Below, piece after piece: positions 19,982 to 30,858 of a stretch of 46,010 nt of DNA (position 1 is its first letter; each line of letters opens with the position of its first letter). The stretch is taken from NCBI GenBank assembly GCA_051439425.1, contig JBFRWD010000046.1, positions 1 to 46,010 of the forward strand, written 5' to 3'. The notes beneath the pieces are model-generated. The model did not search any database. It worked only from the letters and a program-made list of their open reading frames with translations, and was not told where the DNA came from. The position numbers and the translations under genes are program-made. Source of the stretch: Synechococcus sp. (GTDB lineage: Bacteria; Cyanobacteriota; Cyanobacteriia; Thermostichales; PCC-7336).

Positions 19982-21313
19982 TTAACCATCTTTCGCCACT
20001 AGAAAATTATTGCCTGCCAATGTCGATCGCAGGCTGGGATAGTATTCCGGGCGAACGTACCAATTGCGGCTCCGCTGTTCGATAATGCCTTGCCGCTGCA
20101 ATCCTTTCACGCGGGCTTGAACCAAGCTTTCGGTCTCTCCCAGGCTGAGGGCTAAATGCCAAAATTGCAGGCCGTTATGCAAGAGCAATGAATACAGCAA
20201 GTAGCGATCGCCCGCACTCAAGCTCGCTGGTTTTGGTGCCGTCGGACGCAATAGGTCTAATCGCAGAGGGTCTGGCCTCTCTAACTGAGTTGTTTGGGTT
20301 GTCTGAACAGACACGGGACTACTCGCTTCTGCCAGCGATGCGCCTGTCAATGTTGCTCCAGCAAGAGCCGCCCCTGCTAGACTCCCTTTACTCACGGTGT
20401 TTTTTTTCGAACTGACCAATTGCAACGACGACAGCCACAACCGGGCAGCTACAGAACTCAAACCTCCGGTCACTCGAGCCAGGGAATCAAAGTAAGCCAT
20501 ATCCGCCGAGGGATTTAAGGATTCCACTTTGGGGAGAGATATCCGCAAGTGCTGACGAGCTGGAGTCAGCCAATGCCGCAACTCTTGCCCCGTCAACGCA
20601 GGTAGCGATACCGTGCGATCGAAATATGAGTCCATCTTGCTAACGATGCCGAGATATTCCCACGCCCAGTGATTGCAACCAATCACCCAGAATCGGTGAG
20701 GATCTTTCTGAACCTCTTTACGCAAGTAAAGAACCCCTTCCATACCCTCAATACAGCGGACAAAATATTGATCCAGTTCCGGTAGCACAATCCCTAATTG
20801 CTGCATCTCATCGTCCTCTCCCAAACCACGATCGTCTGGCAACATGCGGTCAGAAGCGGGCTCAAATGGCTCACCATTCCCGTCAGAACGCTCGGCTGGT
20901 GGAGAGGCTTTTAGTTGAGTGCCGATTTCGGTGCGTAGCCGAGCCACAAACGCCCCAGGATTGGCCGGAATCGCTTTCCAACGCAAAATTCGCAGCGATC
21001 GCTCGTCAAGAGAGTGCCAGGAACTGAGGGCCTGTTCGATGTACTGACCCAAGGGTTCAATCGGGCTGCCCAACACCACCAAAACGTTATTCTGTTCCGG
21101 CTGTTGCTGCCATCGAGAGATCGCCTCCAGTGTTGCGTTTCGAATGGTCTCGGAATAGGGTGCAGGCGTTGGCAGCGAAGCAACAATTGCTTTCAGCTCG
21201 ATCAAAATTTCCTCGGGCAGAGGAAATGATGAAAGCTCCGAGGCTGTTGGTGGTTTGGGAGTGAATGACCGTGAAGCAAACCACCTGCGAACATCTTGGA
21301 GCGGGGTTCCCAT
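19982..21313 (-). CDS. Hypothetical protein with degenerate ATPase-like core and C-terminal winged-HTH-like segment
   Basis: Long ORF with RBS; HTH-like LALSLGETESLVQARVKGLQRQGIIEQ. Confidence 0.65.
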   Translation of the reverse strand: MGTPLQDVRRWFASRSFTPKPPTASELSSFPLPEEILIELKAIVASLPTPAPYSETIRNATLEAISRWQQQPEQNNVLVVLGSPIEPLGQYIEQALSSWHSLDERSLRILRWKAIPANPGAFVARLRTEIGTQLKASPPAERSDGNGEPFEPASDRMLPDDRGLGEDDEMQQLGIVLPELDQYFVRCIEGMEGVLYLRKEVQKDPHRFWVIGCNHWAWEYLGIVSKMDSYFDRTVSLPALTGQELRHWLTPARQHLRISLPKVESLNPSADMAYFDSLARVTGGLSSVAARLWLSSLQLVSSKKNTVSKGSLAGAALAGATLTGASLAEASSPVSVQTTQTTQLERPDPLRLDLLRPTAPKPASLSAGDRYLLYSLLLHNGLQFWHLALSLGETESLVQARVKGLQRQGIIEQRSRNWYVRPEYYPSLRSTLAGNNFLVAKDG

Positions 21314-21383
21314 CCGTATACCCTCCCCTCTAGGGTGATGCTAAGGCCGAGCATATCCCACCCGTTTGCGTAGTCGCCCAGAT

Positions 21384-22523
21384 CTACATTGCCTTCAATA
21401 ACTGCTGAGGATTAACTAAGGCTTCTAAAGACATTCGCCGTTCTTCCATCGCCTCCAATTCGCTTACACGCAGCAATATGTCTCGGCTGTCGTTATCAGG
21501 AAGTTGCTCTGCCAACCGCGAGGTTTCATATTCGATCGCCAAAATCTTGGCCAACTGGCCGTAACCATCCAGCAAATTTCGGGTCAACGTTGTCGTTTCT
21601 TTTACGGTGGCAATTCCCCGTGCCACCACTTGAATACGACGGGTATACATGCTTTCGTCTGCTGCCTGCATGCGTTCTTGCAAGGCTTGCAGCCGCTTCA
21701 GCAAGCGCTGCTGCTGCTGTAATTGGTGGGTAAACAGCGCTTGTTTCTGCTCCATTGCAAATTGCTGTTGTAGCAATCGCTGCTCCGCATCCAACTGACG
21801 TAAGCGGCGTCGATCGCGCAGTCGATAGCGATCGCTCCAGCCCGCCAGCGCTGCCGTGGCCGCAGCGATTGCCCCGGTGATTATCCAATGGGTGGGATGG
21901 GTCAGGGCATGCAGCGGAATGGCCGAGCCGATACCAACGGCTGTTACCAGTCCTCCCGCCTTCACCCGTCGTTCCCACAGCCTCCACCGCATCGAGGATA
22001 CGGCGACTCCTAACGCCCGATCTCCAGTATTAGATAAAGGAATTTGACCATCGCTCGTGACCGATTCGGCCAAAATCGCCTGTAAGGGCGGCATCTGCAA
22101 CAGGCATTCGGGAGACGGATCGCGGGCAAACCACGGGTTGGAAACCGCATAGAGCATTAAGAGTCGCTCCTCCGGCCACGCTTCTAATTCAGTCCCGTTG
22201 CCGCAAAGCGGAGTGCCCGCAAATCGCCGTCTTACCCTTTGCCCTTGGGGATCGATCGCCACCAAGCGGTACCGATAAAAGGAGCGCACCCTCCTCCAAG
22301 GCCATAGAACGAGGGAACGTACCTTAGATGCTTTTCTCTGGGGATTGGGGGCAACGTTATCGGGCTCGGCCCCCGTACTCTCCAGGTGCACGACATCTAA
22401 CTGTTGCATGGCAAACACTATCCGACAGCGACACAATGCCTCCTGAATGTCTTCGTCGGATTCTTGGCGATCGGCAAAGTGAATGGGGCTGCCACAGTGG
22501 GGGCACAACAGTCTATAAACCAT
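21384..22523 (-). CDS. Hypothetical protein: Zn-ribbon, two TM helices, Q-rich coiled coil
   Basis: CPHCG and CRC at N-terminus; hydrophobic hairpin; heptad-rich tail. Confidence 0.7.
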   Translation of the reverse strand: MVYRLLCPHCGSPIHFADRQESDEDIQEALCRCRIVFAMQQLDVVHLESTGAEPDNVAPNPQRKASKVRSLVLWPWRRVRSFYRYRLVAIDPQGQRVRRRFAGTPLCGNGTELEAWPEERLLMLYAVSNPWFARDPSPECLLQMPPLQAILAESVTSDGQIPLSNTGDRALGVAVSSMRWRLWERRVKAGGLVTAVGIGSAIPLHALTHPTHWIITGAIAAATAALAGWSDRYRLRDRRRLRQLDAEQRLLQQQFAMEQKQALFTHQLQQQQRLLKRLQALQERMQAADESMYTRRIQVVARGIATVKETTTLTRNLLDGYGQLAKILAIEYETSRLAEQLPDNDSRDILLRVSELEAMEERRMSLEALVNPQQLLKAM

Positions 22524-22671
22524 AAGGTCAGTGTAGCGAAGCCATGGGTTCGAATTTCACCGATAGGCAGCCAAAAATCACCAACAGCCATTAACCCAGA
22601 GCTGTTCCCCTGATAGACAATTACCTGACGGACATATCGATCGGGAAAAAGGCGATCGAGGAAGAGAGGAT

Positions 22672-23088
22672 TTAAGTCGAAGAGGACATAGAGCGATCGC
22701 GGCGGATGACTGGACGGGCTACCACAGACTTCCGTCGAATGTAGCTCTCCTGTACGGGAGAAGCCAATGAAGGGGACAGCGGTTGGGATGATTGCATTGC
22801 CGATGGTTGTACTGCCAAGGGAAAATGCGATTCAGGGGAAACATTCCACGCTTCATCGGAGACTTCTAGCTGTTGCCGAGCGCTGTTGGCAAACTCGTAC
22901 TTTAATTGGTTAATTCGCTTTTGCCAGTATTCTCCCTCCAGCCGAGCGAGAAAGTCATCGTTGTATCGACTGTTGGATGTGGAATGATGACCTTGGAAAC
23001 CGGACGAAGCCCGTGAATAGGAATGCAATTGCGTATCCTCCAGCACACTCAGAAATGAATTCAAACACTTGGATGTGGCATCGGCCAC
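22672..23088 (-). CDS. Small hypothetical protein divergent from the sigma-like gene
   Basis: 138-aa ORF only; no recognised motif. Confidence 0.4.
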   Translation of the reverse strand: MADATSKCLNSFLSVLEDTQLHSYSRASSGFQGHHSTSNSRYNDDFLARLEGEYWQKRINQLKYEFANSARQQLEVSDEAWNVSPESHFPLAVQPSAMQSSQPLSPSLASPVQESYIRRKSVVARPVIRRDRSMSSST

Positions 23089-23493
23089 GATTTGACACAG
23101 TTCTTAGGTATTTGCTGCTCCAGTATGTATAGCAATCCGCTCTAAGGTCTGGAATGTTGAGACAGCTAGACTCCTCTATTAGCGAGGAAAAGGACTTAGG
23201 AAACACTCCATAGCGGATTGCCGAGCGCCATACATGGCTTAAACGTATAGCGCCGGAATCACTGACTAAATTAAGGCAGTCTCGCAAACGTTGTGCTAAT
23301 GGAACCGTCAGTAGACGAAAGACGGAAACAGAGTTCATCGACGGTGAGCAAAATTGCATACCCTCTCTACTCTCAGGGGTACATAGATATGTATCGATGC
23401 AACTTGTAATTGATACGGCTTGAATTCTCATAGCTGGTGAGACAATTGAGTGTAGTCATCAATTCTCTGACGCTAGAACGGCCAACAGCCTCT

Positions 23494-25119
23494 ATGGGAT
23501 CTGCCTCAAGATACTGGAGGTTCGTGCGAATTGACCCTGCAGGGCGTCGCAAGGTTGAACCCCTTGCGGTTGCGAAAGAATTCTTTCAGCAGCAATTTGC
23601 CGACTCCACCGACCAGCTCAAATTGCCCGATGAAGACGTTCAGCGTCAGCTCGTGGCAATGGGGAAAATGCTGGAGGCCGGGAGCGACTCAGGTCGAAAC
23701 GGCCTGGAGACTGAATCTCGACTCAACTCGGTCCCCACATCAACAGACAAGACAGAAACAGGGCGCACGATCGATTGTCGGGAAACGTTGGCTGAGAGGA
23801 CATTGGCCGAAATGTGTTTGCGCTGCTACGTGTCAAGCGCGATCGAACAAGTATGTGTCCAACTGGAAGGACAATTCGGACTCAAGCACGGTTTCACCCG
23901 TCACGACCTATTCCCATTTGTGCTGGATGCGGACAATCCTGTCCGGCGATCGCGTCACCGGGATCGGGTCGGCTACCAATCGGTCACCGACAGCATTCTT
24001 CGCACCTACAATCCCAATCGAGGTAGCTTATCCACCTGGACTGTGCGTCTGGTCCGTCGCAACCGCGAACTCAATAGCTATCTATTGGAGTGTGGAGTTT
24101 ACCTAATCAGCGATTGGGCCATTCTCAACGACACGTCCACTCGGCAACTGTGTCGCATCCTGTTTGAGTTTCACACCCTCACAGAAACAGAGATTCAAGA
24201 CGCGGCGAAGTTGTTGGAAGCCTATCACTCCACCTACAGACACGATCGTCTGATACAGCGACAGACGGGGCGGCCAGGTCGGTGTGCGCAACCAACCACC
24301 GAGCAATTACTACGCATGGCGAAATACTTGCACGAATATGACAATTCTCGAGAACAGGTCGAGTTGCAAGAACAGGTCGAGCGGCAGCAGCGATATGACA
24401 GGGAGCTTCGCAACGAAACGCCAATGAACGAAGGTAGACCGTCTCTATTGATGGAGCCCCCTCGGCTCCTGGCAAAGCTGCAATGGTTGGCCGAACGCTT
24501 GCGTCAGTATCGCATTCACGTCAGAGGTGGACCTTCACTAGCGACAGAATCCCTAGAAGGGAATGCATTTCGGGCCGACGCCTTCCTTTCCTCAAACGGA
24601 CAGGGTTCGGAGCAGCAGGAAGAATACGGCGAATTTATCGAATACTTCCGCGAGCAATTTTCATCCTGTATGGATATGGCGATCGCCAGCACAATCGAGC
24701 GGTGGGTAACAACTCTACAGCGCAAGAAATCGCAGAAACACCAGCAGTTTTTACAAGCCCTATCCTTGTTTCACGATCGCGGTATGTCCATGGGGGATAT
24801 TGCGCCTCTCGTAGGATTGAAGGCTCAGTACCAAGTGTCACGTCTTCTCAAACTTAAAGAGTTGCGGGCGGATATTCGCCAATCACTTCTGTTGGAGTTG
24901 CGCGATCGCGTGAAGCTCGAAGCAGAGCGCTATCACAGTGACTTGAGAGATTTGCAAGAGGTGGATCGCCAAATTGAGGCGGCCCTATCCGAGCAAGTGG
25001 ATGACATTTTGCAAGAAGCCGCTGCAGAAGCCAGCGTTGCGCAAAAAACAGTTCCAACTCGCAGTCTTTACACCCGTCGTCTCTGTCAGTATTTGCAGAC
25101 TAGGAGCCAGGAATCATGA
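23494..25119 (+). CDS. Sigma-70-like (divergent) putative transcription factor
   Basis: Region-2-like RTYNPNRGSLSTWTVRLVR, region-3-like QPTTEQL and ESLE, region-4 HTH-like GMSMGDIAPLVGLKAQYQVSRLL. Confidence 0.6.
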   Translation: MGSASRYWRFVRIDPAGRRKVEPLAVAKEFFQQQFADSTDQLKLPDEDVQRQLVAMGKMLEAGSDSGRNGLETESRLNSVPTSTDKTETGRTIDCRETLAERTLAEMCLRCYVSSAIEQVCVQLEGQFGLKHGFTRHDLFPFVLDADNPVRRSRHRDRVGYQSVTDSILRTYNPNRGSLSTWTVRLVRRNRELNSYLLECGVYLISDWAILNDTSTRQLCRILFEFHTLTETEIQDAAKLLEAYHSTYRHDRLIQRQTGRPGRCAQPTTEQLLRMAKYLHEYDNSREQVELQEQVERQQRYDRELRNETPMNEGRPSLLMEPPRLLAKLQWLAERLRQYRIHVRGGPSLATESLEGNAFRADAFLSSNGQGSEQQEEYGEFIEYFREQFSSCMDMAIASTIERWVTTLQRKKSQKHQQFLQALSLFHDRGMSMGDIAPLVGLKAQYQVSRLLKLKELRADIRQSLLLELRDRVKLEAERYHSDLRDLQEVDRQIEAALSEQVDDILQEAAAEASVAQKTVPTRSLYTRRLCQYLQTRSQES

Positions 25120-26798
25120 TGTACGACTCCACCTATTCCGCTCGAACGAGCGACGAATGCCCTGATTTTGGCAGCATAGATAATAGGAATGCTTCCCGTA
25201 TCGATTATCTGTATGGGAATTTATCGGGGAAGATACCCCTCGATCGCCTTGTAATGGAGGGTGCTGTGTCAAGTGGTGATTGGGATTTTGAATCGCTTCC
25301 AACGGCAGGGATTCTGTTGCAAAACGATGGTTTTCAACAGGCCGGACGTCTGAGTCAGTCGGTGGTGTGGCCAGATCGGCAGTGGTCAGTTTACCAGCAA
25401 GGCTTGGCCGTCTTGGGGCTCGAAGAGTGGTTGCGACTGCACTCTAGCTTGTCGATGGTGCGCGATCGGTGTTCCACCTTCCAGCCAGCCCTTGCGAACT
25501 TGGTACCTGCCGCCTGCAATCTTGCTGTGGGAGAGTTCCAACTCTGCGCAATCCCTGTCGGAGTCTTGGGAGACGATCGGCTTGAAATTCCGCGTGCTGC
25601 CCTCGACTTACCTCAGTTCGCCGCTCATTTCTACGTGCTCGTTGAAGTCCTAGAAGATTGCGGCTATGTCCAAATCATCGGGGTCGCCACGCGCCCACGT
25701 TTACTCGAACTGTGTCAGCAAACTGAGTGGGCCACTAGCGATCGAGGGGAAGAGAGTTGGAGCTATCTCTGTTCGAATACGTGGTTTGAATATGCAGGAG
25801 ACGATTTGCTGCTGTGGTTGCGAGCGGCCAATGCCAGCCAGATGGAACTCCCTCCCCCCGCTCCTATCCCCCCTGTGAGTATGCAGTTACGGGCTACGCT
25901 GCAGCAACGACAAGCCGATCTGGCCCGTCGACCAATCTGGCAATTATTAGACTGGTCGGAGGCCATGCCATTGTTGGTCAATCCGGGTTGGGCGGACTGG
26001 CTGTTGGGAACCGCGCGAGGAATTGCCAACTTGCCACTACCGACCAATGCTGGTGCTGTTGGTTCGCAGGTAACGAGCGATCGAGCCAACAGTCTAGGAG
26101 CAAGTGGCATCGGCACTGCAACAGGAATTGGAGCCATAGCTGAGACGGAAGAGCTACACCCCCCTTCAAACGAACAGTTGCTCAATCGAGCCCTAAACGT
26201 TGGATTGTGGCTGCACGATCGCATGGAGACCCTGGCAGAAGAGCTGTCCTGGATAATGATGGCCCCCTTCTCGCCTCAACACATGTCCCAATCTCCTGCA
26301 GAATTAGCCGTGGGTATGCGAGACATCGAGGATGATGTCGATACGATCGTCGGGCAACTGCTGTTAGACGGTCTTGAAATCCCGACCTACGCGTGCGGAG
26401 CCTACCGCCAGGTTGAATGGGCCGACCGCAGTTTGCGCTTGTATGCGGTCACCTGGCCTCACCTGTCTGACGAGAACGTACCGGAATGGACCCTGTTAGT
26501 CGTGTTGGGGCCTACCCCAGGCCAAAGTCTTCCCCCCCTCACCCGCCTCAGGGTGAGAGATGCCTCCAATTTGCTGGTAGAACAAACATCTCCCCCTGTC
26601 TTGGACGACGGTTATGTGTATGCCCATGTGGTTGGAACGTGGGACGAACAGTTTTGGGTGACGATTGATGCTGGGGACGTCGAGTTGGGGGGAGAACTCG
26701 CATCTGAAGATGGATTTGGCGCTATGTCATCGCCCACTACCCGCCCTGCCATTGACCTCCCCCCGTTTCAGTTCAAGCCAGGTGTCGTGCAACTCTAG
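25116..26798 (+). CDS. DUF1822 family protein
   Basis: LGLEEWL, LCAIPVG, IPRAALDLPQFAAHFYVLVEVLE, LNVGLWL, C-terminal LPPF; ATGA overlap with upstream gene. Confidence 0.75.
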   Translation: MMYDSTYSARTSDECPDFGSIDNRNASRIDYLYGNLSGKIPLDRLVMEGAVSSGDWDFESLPTAGILLQNDGFQQAGRLSQSVVWPDRQWSVYQQGLAVLGLEEWLRLHSSLSMVRDRCSTFQPALANLVPAACNLAVGEFQLCAIPVGVLGDDRLEIPRAALDLPQFAAHFYVLVEVLEDCGYVQIIGVATRPRLLELCQQTEWATSDRGEESWSYLCSNTWFEYAGDDLLLWLRAANASQMELPPPAPIPPVSMQLRATLQQRQADLARRPIWQLLDWSEAMPLLVNPGWADWLLGTARGIANLPLPTNAGAVGSQVTSDRANSLGASGIGTATGIGAIAETEELHPPSNEQLLNRALNVGLWLHDRMETLAEELSWIMMAPFSPQHMSQSPAELAVGMRDIEDDVDTIVGQLLLDGLEIPTYACGAYRQVEWADRSLRLYAVTWPHLSDENVPEWTLLVVLGPTPGQSLPPLTRLRVRDASNLLVEQTSPPVLDDGYVYAHVVGTWDEQFWVTIDAGDVELGGELASEDGFGAMSSPTTRPAIDLPPFQFKPGVVQL

Positions 26799-27087
26799 AG
26801 TGTGGTTGGCGACCTAAGTATGCCAATGCGGATATGCCGCTTAGGGTGTCTGTAGGGTCCATAGTCCATGAGGTTTCTATGGGACTAGCAACTGCACCAC
26901 TCGCCCAAAGAGCTAGAACACATTCGACAATTTACGATATATTGTTTGCCATTTCAGTTAGGACAAAAGTTTTCAATCGCAGTCAGGGCTGGACATAGCT
27001 GAAATGTCTGCAGTGGTATGCCCACTGCTATAAGTGATGCCCTGCTCTGAAGATTGAAGGCTCGACATTTGCTGTATCAGTATCGCT

Positions 27088-29829
27088 ATGACCTCCCCCC
27101 TGCGCGTTCCCGATTCTGCTTCCTCCCGTCCGCCATTCAAACAATCGTTGGGGAGGGGGTCGATGGGGACAGCATCCTACCGACTCATGGTTCAGCAGGT
27201 TGAGAACTCGTGCTTTTTTCAATTGAACTGGGGAACCAGCCAACAACTCAGTGCAGCCTTGCCTTACCCTCAGGCTCTAACCTCGGCTTACAAATTATGG
27301 CAACATGCCTACCTCACCCTCTATCGTCAGCCAGATTTTGGCAAGGCGATCGCCGCACCCCAGGCCAAAGTAACTCATGCCTCCAGTACGAGAAGTCAGA
27401 CGCAACCTAGCACCAATCAGCCGTCCAATAGATCTTCGCCGGAACAAAGCCCCGGTCCCAACCTCTCCAATCCTGCTTCACATCCAAACAGTAATCCGTC
27501 AACGGATAGCGGTTCCTCTTTTCGAGGGCGTGCTGCCTCCTCCGGTCGTCTCCCAGCAGCCACTGTCGATCGCCATGCGCGGTTGGCCAAAGCCGAAGCC
27601 ACGATGCTGCACCAGTTTCAGCGATGGTTGCGCAGCTCCGAACTCTACGAGATTCGAGCAGAGATAGCTCGTGCGGCTCTCGAATCCGGTATGCGCGCCA
27701 TAGGAACGCTGTCTGCAGTCGATATTTGGCTAACCTGCACCCCACTCGCTCTAGAACGTTTACCGTGGGAAGCGTGGGAAATTGGTGAGGAATTAGCCCC
27801 CTCCAGCAGTATTCGGATTATTCGCTATCCGCTCAATGTCAGAGCCGAACTGGTTCATGTTTCCCGCACGCGATCCCGCCGCATGCGAGTGCTGGCCATT
27901 ATGGGGGATGAAACGGGCTTGGACTTTGCCGCCGATCGCCTAGCTGTTGAGCGGTTGGCCCCAATCGCAGATATCCAGTTTGTTGGCTTCCAACCGGGTG
28001 TCCGGGCTGCCGATCTGAAAACTCTGATCGCCTCAGCAATTGACGACGATCGCGGCTGGGATATTTTGTTCTTTGCCGGTCACAGTACCGAAGCTGTAGA
28101 CGGGGATGTCACTGGAGGGGATTTATCTATTGCCCCCGGAACCATCATGTCTATCCAGGACATCGTGCCTCACCTGAAGCGAGCCAGGCAGAGAGGGTTG
28201 CAGTTTGCCGTCTTTAATTCCTGCTGCGGCCTCACCATAGCCCGAACCTGTATCGATGCCGGGTTAAGCCAAGTGGCGATCGCGCGCGAGCCCATCCATA
28301 ATGCAGTTGCCCAGGAATTTCTCTGTCGCTTTTTGCAACAACTGGCAGCGGGCGACGACGCCCATACTGCTGTGCGGGCTGTCAGACACTGGCTTAAGCT
28401 CGAAAAAAATTTTTCGTATCCATCAGCCCACCTATTACCGTCGTTTTTCTGCCATCCCCAAGCCCAGCCCTTTCGGCTGGAAACCCTAACCCTGAAACAA
28501 CGGTTGGCCCGACTCCTCCCCGATCGCCATCAGGCGATCGCCATGGCTGGCATGGCACTGGTCGCCTTACTGCCTGCGGTTCAAGATGTTCTGCTACAGA
28601 ATCGAACTTTCATGCAAGCCGTGTATCGAGATTTGACCGGTCAGCTTCCGGCTAACGAACCACCTCCCGTTGTACTGGTACAAATCGAACGGGAATCCAT
28701 TGCTCGGGCAGGAATGGCCAATCCCTACCCCATGAATCGGCAATACTTGGCAACTCTAGTCGAGCGCCTCAATACGGCCTCCTTTCCGACCATTGGCATT
28801 GATTACTTGCTGGATCGTCCGCAACAAGAAAACGATCCCGCGTTCGCAACCGCCGTGCAAGAAGCCGTTCGGGATAACGAAACGTGGATGGTATTGGCAT
28901 CAATTAGCGATCGCTACGCCGCTGCCTCTGCCACCGAGATTGCTCCCCTAGAATGGACATTGCGCGGGGATATTTATTCCTACCCCAACTATCTCAAGCT
29001 GCCGGGACAAGGGGCTTGTTACGAACATACCTGTCCGTTTGCCTACATGATGGCACTGGCCTTTTCCCTCAGCCAAGAGCCATTAGAGTCCGACCGACTG
29101 ATCCCTCACCCCGAACGCGACGGTAGCTTGCAATCTCAGCTCGTGGACGCCGCCCACGCCATTTCGGCTCCCAGAAGCTCGGCAAAGCAATTGGCCAACC
29201 TGCATCAGTCACCGTTGACTGGCCTTTCCAGTTTTATCGGTCAGTTGTGGATGCAACCCATTTTGGATTTTTCTCTGCCACCCGATCGGGTATACACCAG
29301 CGTTCCTGCCTGGAAGGTGCTGTCGAGAGAGGTCGATCTGTCGGCTAGCGCACATCAAATTGCCTTAATTGCACCGGGAGGATATCCGGAAGCGGGCATT
29401 GAAGCCCCGGACTATTATCCCGTTCCAGCAGCCATGAACTACTGGCGCAACCGCCAACCAGACCCACAAGTCAGTACGGGGGATCTCCTCCCCCTTGAAA
29501 CAGAGGACGTCTACACCGGGGCTGAGGCCCACGCCTATAGCATTCATCACTTGCTCAATCGCCATATGGTTATCCCGATTCCGGATGTCTGGATGGTGGG
29601 GGTGGCTGCCGTGCTTGGCAAGTACTTCAGCCTATGGATGATGAGCCAACAGCGACAGTCTCCAGAACGAAGACTAGGGCTGATTAAGCTAAGCGTCGCC
29701 AATGTCGTCTATGTGGTGATAGGTGTGCAGTTGTATATTTCAAGTGCCGTAGTATTACCGATAGTATTGCCCTCACTGACGGTGTGGGGGTTGGTACTGC
29801 AGTCATCAAAGAGGACTCTGCGTGAGTAA
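27088..29829 (+). CDS. CHAT (caspase-like) domain + CHASE2 sensor membrane protein
   Basis: RLPWEAW, FFAGHS (His), FNSCCG (Cys); TM helix; CHASE2 motifs VVLVQIE, IGIDYLLD, GAEAHAY; three C-terminal TM helices. Confidence 0.85.
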   Translation: MTSPLRVPDSASSRPPFKQSLGRGSMGTASYRLMVQQVENSCFFQLNWGTSQQLSAALPYPQALTSAYKLWQHAYLTLYRQPDFGKAIAAPQAKVTHASSTRSQTQPSTNQPSNRSSPEQSPGPNLSNPASHPNSNPSTDSGSSFRGRAASSGRLPAATVDRHARLAKAEATMLHQFQRWLRSSELYEIRAEIARAALESGMRAIGTLSAVDIWLTCTPLALERLPWEAWEIGEELAPSSSIRIIRYPLNVRAELVHVSRTRSRRMRVLAIMGDETGLDFAADRLAVERLAPIADIQFVGFQPGVRAADLKTLIASAIDDDRGWDILFFAGHSTEAVDGDVTGGDLSIAPGTIMSIQDIVPHLKRARQRGLQFAVFNSCCGLTIARTCIDAGLSQVAIAREPIHNAVAQEFLCRFLQQLAAGDDAHTAVRAVRHWLKLEKNFSYPSAHLLPSFFCHPQAQPFRLETLTLKQRLARLLPDRHQAIAMAGMALVALLPAVQDVLLQNRTFMQAVYRDLTGQLPANEPPPVVLVQIERESIARAGMANPYPMNRQYLATLVERLNTASFPTIGIDYLLDRPQQENDPAFATAVQEAVRDNETWMVLASISDRYAAASATEIAPLEWTLRGDIYSYPNYLKLPGQGACYEHTCPFAYMMALAFSLSQEPLESDRLIPHPERDGSLQSQLVDAAHAISAPRSSAKQLANLHQSPLTGLSSFIGQLWMQPILDFSLPPDRVYTSVPAWKVLSREVDLSASAHQIALIAPGGYPEAGIEAPDYYPVPAAMNYWRNRQPDPQVSTGDLLPLETEDVYTGAEAHAYSIHHLLNRHMVIPIPDVWMVGVAAVLGKYFSLWMMSQQRQSPERRLGLIKLSVANVVYVVIGVQLYISSAVVLPIVLPSLTVWGLVLQSSKRTLRE

Positions 29830-30813
29830 GCACAGATATTGTCGACTCACTTGTTCCTCGATCGTGGAGCGGCGAGCCGCCAACACTAACCAGCCAATTA
29901 GTAATCAGCCCAGCCATGCCATCCCCTCCCGAATTGTGGCGATTATCCTGGGGTTAAGTGTTTCAGGGTTGATAGGCATTAGCTTTATTGTTCCGAGCGC
30001 GATCGCAACTCCCCTTTCTCCAAATTCTGTTCAACAAAACGAAAGCACGGATCGCCTCAACGACAGTCAATTTGCGCACCAGCACTGGAACATTTGTCCT
30101 CAGTGACGCAAATTCCGCTGAAGCAGGGGTAGACCCTTCATCCGAGATCGACAATAGAGATGCCGATAGCAACACACATCCGAACAGCCCCGACGACAGT
30201 CCAGCCTGGGAGCAGCTTTAAGAGCCTTACGCGAGCAACTAGAGCGTCAAGAGCGCCCGTTGGGATCGCGAGGCGTGCAGTGTCCCTATTCCCCTGGGTT
30301 GGTGGGAGCCGATGACACCATCTGGAGCGATCTCCCGGTGTTTTATGGCGATCGACCGGTCACACCCTCAGCCTGTACGACTACGACACCGACGAATTGC
30401 TTTGGCAGCAGCAGGTGGAAGCGGGAACAGAGGCCGTTGTTTATGACGGTGTCCCCCTACAGCCGGGTAGCCTCTACCGTTGGGTCTTGATGCATCTCGC
30501 CACTTCGGACTTTATTGCCACGTTTATGGTGATGGAGCAGCAAGAGCGAGAGGCATTAGCGACCGAGTTGGAGCGAGAGGAGGAGCGGTGGACAGCAGCC
30601 GGTTTGACTGAGCAAGAACAAGCCGTTGAACGAGCAACGTTCTTTGGCGATCGCCGCTTGTGGTCCGATGCCCTCCAAGAGCTGCATGTTGTTCGAGACA
30701 GCCCCGATGTAGACACCATGATTCGCGAGATTTCAGTCTATCTGTGCGGTTCCCTAGAGTCAGACATCCAAGCCCAAAAACAGAACTCCGAGCAAAGTTC
30801 CCTACGAAGCTAA
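29822..30813 (+). pseudogene. DUF928-like exported protein split by about three frameshifts
   Basis: Signal peptide, then pieces in other frames: PLGSRG..CP..IWSDLPVF / LWQQQV..YDGVPLQPGSLYRW..RLWSDALQEL. Confidence 0.7.
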
Positions 30814-30858
30814 GCTACCAGTTCCATTGGCCATGACTCTCCTGACTATGATTGTCCC

